Source: Myxococcales bacterium (lineage in GTDB: Bacteria; Myxococcota_A; Polyangia; Polyangiales; Polyangiaceae). Taken from it: a stretch of DNA of 32,000 nt. The DNA is taken from assembly GCA_004193285.1 (NCBI GenBank), contig SECP01000038.1:39740-71739 (forward strand), written 5' to 3'. The position numbers and the translations under genes are program-made. Below are positions 16,772 through 24,654 of this stretch, piece by piece. Positions within the stretch are counted from its first letter, which is position 1. Every line of letters begins with the position of its first letter. The notes under the pieces are model-generated. The model did not search any database. It was given only the letters and a program-made list of their open reading frames with translations, and had not been told where the DNA came from.

Positions 16772-18378
16772 GACTTCAGCGGCTCGTTATTGCCGGTTCG
16801 CGACCCGCCCGCATACGGGCGGTTGGAGCTGAGTCGACCAACCCACGTGGGCCATGAGCTCACGTCAGCTGTTTGCGCAAGCTCCCCACGCGACTCGTTA
16901 TTGCCCTTTGCGACCTGCCCGCGCACCGGGCGGTCGAGCCGAGTCGACCAACCCACGTGGGCACCATGAGCTCACGTCGCTCTTCTCGCGAGCTCCCGCG
17001 CGACTCGTTATTGCCCTTTGCGACCTGCCCGCGCACGGGCGGTCGAGGCGAGGCGAGTCGACCAACCCACGTGGGCACCATGAGCTCACGTCAACTGTTC
17101 TCGCGAGCTCCCCGACTCGTTATTGCCGTTTGCGACCCGCCCGCGCACCGGGCGGTTCGAGCCGAGTCGACCAACCCACGTGGGCACCATGAGCTCACGT
17201 CAGCTGTTTGCCCAAGCTCCCCGCGCGACTCATCATTGCCCTTTGCGACCCTCCCGCGCACCGGCCGCTTCGAGCTGAGTCGGCCAACCCACGTGGCAAC
17301 CATGAGCTCACGTCGCTCTTCTCGCGAGCTCCCGCGCGACTCGTTTATTGCCGGTTCGCGATCCGCCCGCGCACCGGCCGCTTCGAGCTGAGGCGACCAA
17401 CCCACGTAGGCACCATGAGCTCACGTCAGCTGTTCTCGCGACCGCGCCGCGACTCGTTTTTGCCGTTTGCGACCCGCCCGCGCACCGGGCGGTCGAGCCG
17501 AATCGACCAGCCCACGTGGGCACCATGAGCTCACGTCGCTCTTCTCGCGAGCTCCCACGCGACGCGAGCTGAGGCGACCAACCCACGTGGGCACCACGAG
17601 CTCACGTCAGCTGTTCTCCCAAGCTTCAGCGGCTCGTTATTGCCGTTTGCGACCTGCCCGCATACGGGCGGTTCGAGCTGAGTCGACCAACCCACGTGGG
17701 GCATGAGCTCAGGTCAGCTGTTTGCCCAAGCTCCCCGCGCGACGCGTTATCGCCGTTTGCGACCCTCCCGCGCACCGGCCGCTTCGAGCTGAGGCGACCA
17801 ACCCACGTGGGCACCACGAGCTCACGTCAGCTGTTCTCGCAAGCTCCCCGCGACTCGTTTATTGCCGGTTCGCGATCCGCCCGCGCACCGGACCCTTCGA
17901 GCTGAGGCGACCAACCCACGTGGGCACCATGAGCTCACGTCAGCTGTTCTCGCGAGCTCCCCCGCGACTCGTTATTGCCGTTTGCGACCCGCCCGCGCAC
18001 CGGGCGGTCGAGCTGAGTCGACCAACCCACGTAGGCACCATGAGCTCACGTCAGCTGTTCTCGCGATCTCCCCGCGCGACTCGTTTTTGCCGTTTGCGAC
18101 CCGCCCGCGCACCGGGCGGTCGAGCCGAATCGACCAGCCCACGTGGGCACCATGAGCTCACGTCGCTCTTCTCGCGAGCTCCCACGCGACGCGTGCGACC
18201 TGCCCGCGCACCGGCCGCTTCGAGCCGAGTCGACCAACCCACGTCGGCACCATGAGCTCACGTCAGCTGTTTGCCCAAGCTCCCCCCGCGACTCGTTATT
18301 GCCGTTTGCGACGTGCCCGTGGGCGCGGTGTGAGCCGACTTGCCCGCGTAGGCCGCTCGTCTGACCGGCCCACGTGGA
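16772..18378. repeat. Tandem array, about 110-bp unit, 15 copies (two internally deleted), non-coding
   Basis: The core CCCACGTGGG or a 1-mismatch variant occurs at 16842, 16952, 17066, 17175, 17288, 17401, 17511, 17582, 17691, 17802, 17915, 18026, 18138, 18238 and 18369. Spacings are 109-114 bp except 71, 100 and 131. Unit consensus is roughly catGAGCTCacgtCAGCTGttctcgcGAGCTCcccgcgactcgttattgccgtttgcgacccgcccgcgcaccgggcggtcgagccgaGTCGACcaaCCCACGTGGGcac. Confidence 0.95.
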
Positions 18379-18379
18379 T

Positions 18380-18720
18380 GAAACCCAAGTCGAGGTGCAC
18401 ACGCGGCGGCTCATCCCACCCGGGGTCGCTTCAAGTCACCGGCGCACGCCGGGGCGCTTGAAGTCGATGTGACCGGTGGCGAGCTCGATCGACGCAACCA
18501 CGCGGGCGCGATTCGAATCGACCGGAGCACGGCGGGGCGCTTCGATCAACCAGCGCACGTGGGCCGGCCTTCAAGTGGACCAGGCCACGTGGGCCGGGTC
18601 CAAGTCGATGTGACCAGCGAGCCGGTCGACGGACCCACGGGTGCGATTCAAGTCTACGCGCTCATCGGCGCATCAAATCGCAGTCGCGATCGGAGTCGAG
18701 CTGCGCGTGGGCGCAAAGCG
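18380..18720. repeat. Degenerate short-period (about 25-29 bp) repeats of the array core motif
   Basis: Recurrent (c/t)tCAAGTC / tcGATC ... CACG(T/C)GGG modules start near 18386, 18432, 18460, 18486, 18514, 18543, 18572, 18601, 18624, 18649 and 18674. Examples are cttcaagtggaccaggccacgtgggccgg and cttcgatcaaccagcgcacgtgggccgg. They resemble the gaGTCGACCaaCCCACGTGGGc end of the 110-bp unit. Confidence 0.7.
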
Positions 18721-18950
18721 GGTGCGCATGCCTACGACTGTGGGTTGGCTTTGAGCCAAGCACAGGCCTCGGTGAGCACCGCGACGTTGCACATCACCTG
18801 CACGAGGTGGTGGCTTCTTCTTGGGTTTCTTCGCGCGCGCGTCGTGAAAAGCGTAAGCGAATCGTTTCAACCGAGCAGCCCCGGTCATGTCGCACAGCTA
18901 GAAGCGCGTACCGAGGACGCAACCTAGAACGAGGTTTGAGGCATGCTGTG

Positions 18951-19150
18951 CGCTCGGCGCTCGGCGCTCGGCGCTCGGCGCTCGGCGCTCGGCGCTCGGC
19001 GCTCGGCGCTCGGCGCTCGGCGCTCGGCTCTCGCCCTCGCCCTCGGCGCTGGGCTCTCGCCCTCGGCTCTCGCCCTCGGCGCTCGCCCTCGGTTCTCTGC
19101 TCTGCTCGCGGCTCCGCGCTGCTCCGCTCTCCGCTCGCCGCTCTCCGCGC
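18951..19150. repeat. Heptanucleotide microsatellite: (CGCTCGG)x11 perfect, then degenerate CTCTCGC/CCTCGGC/GCTCTCC heptamers
   Basis: Eleven perfect contiguous CGCTCGG units span 18951-19027. Pyrimidine-rich variants continue to about 19150. The overlapping ORFs are Arg/Ser/Ala repeats in all frames, so I treat them as artefacts. Confidence 0.95.
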
Positions 19151-19476
19151 TCGACTCCGCTTGGTGCGGTGGCGACGACACCGAGCGCCCGCGCCAGACC
19201 CATACGCCTCGCACCAGACGCCATGCATTTCTTTCACCTGGACGGGCAGGCCCTCGCAGTGGCGCGACCTACACGCCATTCAGCGCGAGCTACGGTCTCA
19301 ACTTCCAACCTTCCGATGTCCTGAAATCACATGTGGCCACGCGACGTGCAGCGCGAGCGTCAATCTTGTCGGCTCATGATTCTCGCCGTCGTAAAGTCAC
19401 GGGCTTTCACCTGGACGACAATCGGTACCTACAAGCCGGCACGTGAGCTTCTGCGAGTTGAGCTGCGGCGTGGCAG

Positions 19477-19497
19477 CCCGCTGCTGAGCGGGTTTTA
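19477..19497 (+). terminator. Candidate intrinsic terminator with no annotated upstream gene
   Basis: CCCGCT-gctg-AGCGGG is followed by TTTTAG. It is oriented for a + strand transcript coming out of the gene-free region. Confidence 0.4.
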
Positions 19498-19647
19498 GTC
19501 GTTTGATTCCCGGCGCTTGCAGCACTGTTGCTCCATGGCGAACGATGTTTGCCGATTTAGCCGGCTAGTTGTAACGGCCCCGCCTGACCACATTCAGTGG
19601 CGTTACTCACCAAACTCGAAACGTATCGCAAGACGGAGATTGTACAG

Positions 19648-20169
19648 ATGGCATTCAACATCGACAAGGCGCACTCGGAAGTTGGTTTTGGCGTCAAGCA
19701 CATGATGATCAGCACGGTGCGCGGCAAGTTCACGCGCTTCGACGCTGACGTTCAGCTCGACCCTGCGCATGTCGAGGCAGCCACCGTGACCGCGCGGGTG
19801 GAAGCAGGGAGCATCGACACGGGCGAAGAGAAGCGCGATGGGCACCTGCGCTCCGCGGACTTTTTCGACGCAGAAAAGTACCCAACCTTGACGTTCACCA
19901 GCACGAGCGTGAAGCGCTCGGGCGAGGACCTCGAGGTCGCCGGCAACTTGAAGATCAAGGATCAGGAGCACCCGGTTACGCTCAAGGGTGAGCTCACGGG
20001 CCCCAGCAAAGACCCTTGGGGCAACGTACGCGTGGGCCTCAGCCTGACCGGTGAGCTCGAGCGCGAGAAGTGGGGCTTGGGCTGGAACCAGGCACTGGAA
20101 GCAGGCGGCGTGCTCGTCGGCAAGAAGGTGAAGATCTCGATTGAGGCGGAGCTCGTGCAAAGCGCGTGA
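19648..20169 (+). CDS. YceI-family (polyisoprenoid-binding-like) protein
   Basis: ATG at 19648 with GACGGAG upstream. MAFNIDKAHSEVGFGVKHMMISTVRGKFTRFDADV...DTGEEKRDGHLRSADFFDAEKYPTLTFTST..L.IKD..VTL is the typical YceI signature. No signal peptide is evident. Confidence 0.85.
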   Translation: MAFNIDKAHSEVGFGVKHMMISTVRGKFTRFDADVQLDPAHVEAATVTARVEAGSIDTGEEKRDGHLRSADFFDAEKYPTLTFTSTSVKRSGEDLEVAGNLKIKDQEHPVTLKGELTGPSKDPWGNVRVGLSLTGELEREKWGLGWNQALEAGGVLVGKKVKISIEAELVQSA

Positions 20170-20203
20170 AGGGTCGAGGCTTGCCTCGGCGAGCGCGAGC
20201 TGA

Positions 20204-20246
20204 GCGGGCGCTTTCGGGTCTTCCGAAGCGCCCGCAGGCGTTTTGT
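20204..20246 (+). terminator. Candidate intrinsic terminator after the YceI gene
   Basis: GCGGGCGCTTTCGG-gtc-TTCCGAAGCGCCCGC forms a stem of about 13 bp with one bulge, followed by aggcgTTTTGTTAGGGTTTT. Confidence 0.5.
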
Positions 20247-20309
20247 TAGGGTTTTCGGTGCGTTACGGCGGTTGGTAGCGGCCCGCAGAGGTCGCCCTAT
20301 GATTCGCCG

Positions 20310-23300
20310 ATGTTGGCTTCGGAGCGCGCAAGCGCGGCCGCACACGAGTCGTGTCTGGCGCTGTTTCATCCGGCGGTGCGCGCGTGGTTCGAACGGAAGT
20401 TTCCGCATGGTCCGACCGAGGCCCAGCAGAGCGGGTGGCCGGCGATTGCGCGCGGTGAAGATACGCTGATCGCGGCGCCGACTGGCTCGGGCAAGACTTT
20501 GTCCGCCTTCCTCTTGTGCATCGATCGGCTCTACCGAGCGGCAGACCGCGGCGAGCTTCCGAACGAAGGCGTGCAAGTGGTGTACGTGTCGCCGCTCAAA
20601 GCGCTGGTCGTGGACATCCGCCAGAACCTCGAGGAGCCGCTCGAGCAAATCGCGGAGGTGGCGCGAGAGCTCGGCTACGCGGCCCCGCAGATTCGCGTGG
20701 GCGCGCGCAGCGGCGACACCCCGGCTTCGGCGCGCGTTCAACTGTTGAAGCACCCCCCGCATTTCCTCATCACCACCCCCGAGTCCTTGTACTTGATGGT
20801 GACGGCGGGAAAGAGCCGCGAGATCTTGCGGTCGGTCAAGACGGTGATCGTGGACGAAATCCATGCGGTGGCGCGAGACAAGCGCGGCTCGCACCTGGCG
20901 TTGACGTTGGAGCGGCTGGCTCACGTCGCGGAAGAGCGACCAGTACGGATTGGTCTCTCCGCGACGCAGCGGCCGCTCTCGCGCGTGGCGCGGCTGCTGG
21001 TGGGAGCGGGCGCGGAGCGCAGTACTCCGGCGGGTGAGCCCCGCTGCACCCTCGTGGACGTGGGTCACCGACGCGCGCTGGATTTGGCCATCGAGCTTCC
21101 GCTGCGTGAGCTCGACGCGGTGGCTTCCAACGAGCAGCTGGGTGAGGTTCTGGATCGCATCGCGCAGCACGTGAAGCAGCGCCGAACGACCCTGGTGTTC
21201 GTGAACACCCGGCGGCTCTCGGAGCGCCTCGCTCACTTACTGGCGGATCGAGTGGGGGCAGAGAACGTGGCCGCGCACCACGGAAGCCTCTCCAAAGATC
21301 GCCGCGCGCGCGTAGAGCAGCTGCTGCGCCAAGGCGCGTTGAAGGTGCTGGTAGCCACCGCCTCCTTGGAGCTCGGCATCGACATCGGGCCGGTGGAGCT
21401 GGTCTGCCAGGTGGGCTCGCCGCGCAGCATTGCGACCTTTTTGCAGCGCGTGGGCCGCTCCGGACACAGCCGCTTCGCGACGCCGGTCGGGCGTTTGTAC
21501 CCTTTGACGCGAGACGAGCTGGTGGAGTGCACCGCCCTGCTCCGAGCCGTGCACGGCGGCCGGCTCGACGTGCTGGAGGTGCCGGTGGCGCCGCTGGACG
21601 TGCTGGCGCAGCAGATCGTCGCGGAGGTCTCGGCGGAGGAGTGGGCGGATGGCGCGCTCTACGAGTTGGTGCGCCGCGCGGCGCCTTACGCGGAGCTCTC
21701 GCGAGAGAGCTTCGACGAGATGCTGCAGCTCGTGAGCGAGGGCATCGACACGGGGCGGGGCAAGCGCGCCGCCTTTTTGCATCGCGACCGCATCAACGGC
21801 GTTGCCAAGGCGAGGCGAGGCGCGCGCCTGGCCGCGCTCACCAGCGGCGGAGCGATCCCGGACAACGCGGACTACCGCGTGGTAGCGGAGCCCAACGACA
21901 CGTTCGTCGGCACCATCAACGAAGACTTCGCGATCGAGAGCATGGCCGGCGACGTCTTTCTGCTCGGAAGCACCAGCTGGCGAATTCGGCGGGTGGAGAG
22001 CGGCACCGTGCGGGTGGTGGACGCAGAGGGCGCGGCGCCCACGATCCCCTTCTGGCTCGGCGAGGCGCCGGCGCGCACGGCCGAGCTTTCGGCAGAGGTG
22101 TCGGCGCTGCGTAGCGGGGTGGAGCGCGCGCTGGGCAGCGGCGGTATCTCTGCCGCCTCCACGTGGGTCGCCGCGGAGGCGCGGGTAGACGAAGCGGTGG
22201 CTGACGCGGTGGTGCTGTACTTGCGGGCTTCGTGCACGGCGCTCGGGGTGCTGCCCACGCACGGCGACCTGGTGTTCGAGCGGTTCTTCGACGACTCGGG
22301 CGGGATGCAGCTCGTTTTGCACTCCCCCTATGGCGGCCGCATCAACCGCGGCTTGGGCCTCCTGCTCCGGAAGCGCTTCTGTCGCTCGTTCGATTTCGAG
22401 CTGCAAGCCGCGGCCAGCGACGACTCCATCGTGCTCTCGCTCGGTTTGCAGCACGCGTTCCCGCTCACGGACCTGCTGGACTTCCTCGCGCCGCGCGGCA
22501 TCGGAAGCGCGCTCACCCACGCGGTGCTCGTCACCCCGATGTTCGGAGTGCGCTGGCGTTGGAACTTGAATCGCTCGCTCGTCGTGCTCCGTTACCGCGG
22601 CGGTCGACGCAACCCGCCTCCGATTCAGCGAATGGAGACGGACGACGTGACGGCGGCGGTGTTCCCGTCTTTGGCCGCGTGCCAAGACAACGCCACTGGC
22701 CCTCGCGAGATTCCGGATCACCCGCTCGTGCGGCAGACGCTGCACGACTGCATGAACGAAGCCATGGACTTGGGCGGGTTGCAGCGGCTGCTCGACGCGA
22801 TTGCGAGCGAAGAAGTGCGCGTGCACTTTCGCGACACGGTCGAGCCGTCGCCGCTTTCGCACGAGATCTTGAACGCGCGCCCGTACACCTTTCTGGACGA
22901 CGCACCGCTAGAAGAGCGCCGCACGCGCGCGGTGCAGGTGAAGCGCGGACTACCGCTGGACGCGCGGGACCTGGCGAGGCTGGACCCAGAGGCGATCGCA
23001 AGGGTACGCGACGAAGCACGACCGGTGCCGCGAGACGCCGAGGAGCTGCACGACTTGCTACTCTCGTTGCTGGTGGTGAGGGCCGACCCGGCGCTTTCGG
23101 CGTTGTTCGAGGCACTGCAAGGTCGCGGGCGGGCGATCACGGTGAGGACCGCAACCGGTGACTTTTGGTGCGCGCTCGAGCTGCGGGGGGCCGTGGAGCG
23201 GCTGTGCGGCGCGGCCGAGTATCACCCGGATATTCACCCCCCGGAGCGAGCAGAAGCGGTTAGCGGGCTTGGTCGCGAAGAGCTCGCGGTGCGAGCGGTG

Positions 23301-24599
23301 CGAGGTCACTTGGAGCTCTGCGGCCCCGTGACGCCAACTGCGCTCGCGGAACGGACCGGGCTCGAGGGCGCGCTCGTGGAGCTTTCGCTCGGTCGCCTAC
23401 GCCACGAAGGCTTCGCGCTCTCCGGCTTCTTCGAAGCGAGCGTCGGCGCCGAGCAATTCTGCGCGCGCCGCTTGCTGGACCGTATCCACCGCTACACGCG
23501 CGATCGCTTACGGCGCGAAATCGAGCCCGTCTCTGCTCAGGATTTCATGCGCTTCTTGCTGGAATGGCAAGGCGTGACGCCGGGTACGCGCCGCACCGGG
23601 CCCCACGGCCTTTCCGCCGTGATCGAGCAGCTGCAAGGCTTCGAGGCCGCGGTGGCGAGCTGGGAGCACGACGTGCTGGCCGCGCGCATTGCCGGCTATC
23701 GCCCGGAGTGGCTGGACGGGCTTTGCTTCTCCGGGCAAGTCGTTTGGGGGCGCCTGAGCCCTCGGTGCGCCCCGGACCGGCCTGGCCACAGCGCGACCGT
23801 CTCCCGCGCTACGCCGGTGACGCTGGCCTTCCGCGCGGACTTGCCGTGGCTGCAGCAAGCGCTGAAATCTGGCGAAAAGCCGGCCGGGGAGCTCTCACCC
23901 GCGGCGGCGCGCCTGATCGCCTGTTTGCAACGGCGCGGCGCGCTGTTCGCCTCCGAGCTGCTGGCAGAGCTGGGCTGCGACGGACGCGAGCTGAACGACG
24001 CGCTGTGGGACGCAGTGGCACGCGGGCTGGTGACCGCAGACGGATACGGCGCGCTCCGAAGCTTGATGCGACGCCGCACCGAGCTCACGCCGCCCGCGGC
24101 ATCCTCTTTCAAGTTGCGCCGCGGCGGGCAGTCGGACATGGCGCGCGAAGGGCGCTGGGCCCTGCTGCCGGAGCAAGGCACGGAGCTCGAGCGCGACGCG
24201 CTGGCGGAGGCGGTTGCAGAGCAACTGCTGGCGCGCTGGGGCGTGGTGTTCGCGGACCTGATGGCGCGAGAGTGCCTGGCGCTTCCGTTCCGCGACATCA
24301 CCTGGGCGCTGCGCCGACTGGAGGCGCGCGGCGTGGTGCGAGGAGGGCGCTTCGTGAACGGGTTCGTCGGCGAGCAGTACGCTCTACCAGAGGCGGTGGA
24401 GCAGCTTCGGGCCGTACGGAAGACCGTCGCTCACGGCGAGGTCGTCGAGTTGTCTGCTTGCGACCCGCTGAACTTGATAGGCATCGTCCTGCCCGGGCCG
24501 CGCCTGCCGGCCCAGCGGGGCCGCATGCTGCGCCTGGTGGATGGCGCTCTAGCCCCGGAGGCGGCCGAGGTGGCGCCTCGCGCGTACGACGAAGCGTAA
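20310..24599 (+). CDS. lhr: Lhr-family large ATP-dependent DEAH-box (SF2) helicase
   Basis: A 1429-aa ORF. The N-terminus FHPAVRAWFERKFPHGPTEAQQSGWPAI..LIAAPTGSGKTL carries motif I. Also present: DEIHAV (motif II), GLSAT, VFVNTRR, HHGSLS, ATASLELGIDIG, QRVGRSGH. The long C-terminal extension is typical of Lhr. Confidence 0.9.
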   Translation: MLASERASAAAHESCLALFHPAVRAWFERKFPHGPTEAQQSGWPAIARGEDTLIAAPTGSGKTLSAFLLCIDRLYRAADRGELPNEGVQVVYVSPLKALVVDIRQNLEEPLEQIAEVARELGYAAPQIRVGARSGDTPASARVQLLKHPPHFLITTPESLYLMVTAGKSREILRSVKTVIVDEIHAVARDKRGSHLALTLERLAHVAEERPVRIGLSATQRPLSRVARLLVGAGAERSTPAGEPRCTLVDVGHRRALDLAIELPLRELDAVASNEQLGEVLDRIAQHVKQRRTTLVFVNTRRLSERLAHLLADRVGAENVAAHHGSLSKDRRARVEQLLRQGALKVLVATASLELGIDIGPVELVCQVGSPRSIATFLQRVGRSGHSRFATPVGRLYPLTRDELVECTALLRAVHGGRLDVLEVPVAPLDVLAQQIVAEVSAEEWADGALYELVRRAAPYAELSRESFDEMLQLVSEGIDTGRGKRAAFLHRDRINGVAKARRGARLAALTSGGAIPDNADYRVVAEPNDTFVGTINEDFAIESMAGDVFLLGSTSWRIRRVESGTVRVVDAEGAAPTIPFWLGEAPARTAELSAEVSALRSGVERALGSGGISAASTWVAAEARVDEAVADAVVLYLRASCTALGVLPTHGDLVFERFFDDSGGMQLVLHSPYGGRINRGLGLLLRKRFCRSFDFELQAAASDDSIVLSLGLQHAFPLTDLLDFLAPRGIGSALTHAVLVTPMFGVRWRWNLNRSLVVLRYRGGRRNPPPIQRMETDDVTAAVFPSLAACQDNATGPREIPDHPLVRQTLHDCMNEAMDLGGLQRLLDAIASEEVRVHFRDTVEPSPLSHEILNARPYTFLDDAPLEERRTRAVQVKRGLPLDARDLARLDPEAIARVRDEARPVPRDAEELHDLLLSLLVVRADPALSALFEALQGRGRAITVRTATGDFWCALELRGAVERLCGAAEYHPDIHPPERAEAVSGLGREELAVRAVRGHLELCGPVTPTALAERTGLEGALVELSLGRLRHEGFALSGFFEASVGAEQFCARRLLDRIHRYTRDRLRREIEPVSAQDFMRFLLEWQGVTPGTRRTGPHGLSAVIEQLQGFEAAVASWEHDVLAARIAGYRPEWLDGLCFSGQVVWGRLSPRCAPDRPGHSATVSRATPVTLAFRADLPWLQQALKSGEKPAGELSPAAARLIACLQRRGALFASELLAELGCDGRELNDALWDAVARGLVTADGYGALRSLMRRRTELTPPAASSFKLRRGGQSDMAREGRWALLPEQGTELERDALAEAVAEQLLARWGVVFADLMARECLALPFRDITWALRRLEARGVVRGGRFVNGFVGEQYALPEAVEQLRAVRKTVAHGEVVELSACDPLNLIGIVLPGPRLPAQRGRMLRLVDGALAPEAAEVAPRAYDEA

Positions 24600-24654
24600 A
24601 TCGCGGAGCTTTAGCCTCTTCAATTTGGCGACGGCGCGCCGTTCAGTGGGTGCG

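Noticed and set aside
16417-18461. Track ORFs running through the first array (e.g. 16873..17391, 17722..18255, 18046..18414) as repeat proteins
   Set aside because: Unit lengths of 109-114 bp are not multiples of 3, so the same DNA is read in different frames in successive units. The ORFs are open on both strands in several frames, are Arg/Pro/Ser-rich, and lack the strong third-position G/C bias of the real genes.
16772-18720. CRISPR array interpretation of the 110-bp repeats
   Set aside because: The entire 110-bp unit is conserved between copies, apart from sub-family variants, so there are no unique spacers. The period is far longer than repeat plus spacer. I recognise no cas genes in the window. 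The neighbouring helicase has Lhr motifs and architecture and no HD nuclease domain, so it is not Cas3.
18673-18888. 71-aa minus-strand ORF (MTGAARLKRFAYAFHDARAKKPKKKPPP...) between the arrays and the heptamers
   Set aside because: It has no SD, no recognisable domain and a Lys/Arg/Pro-rich composition, and it is overlapped by an equally weak + strand ORF. The evidence is insufficient to call it a gene or a transposase fragment.
16338-19647. Mobile element, integron or prophage remnant explaining the gene-free region
   Set aside because: There is no transposase, integrase or recombinase ORF, no terminal inverted repeats bracketing the region, no attC-like sites, and no AT-rich compositional island.
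19962-22862. ORFs 19962..21236(-) and 21237..22862(-), and 23564..24844(+), overlapping lhr
   Set aside because: They lie antisense to or out of frame with the helicase, whose motifs I to VI are all in the 20310 frame. The products are Arg-rich with no motifs.
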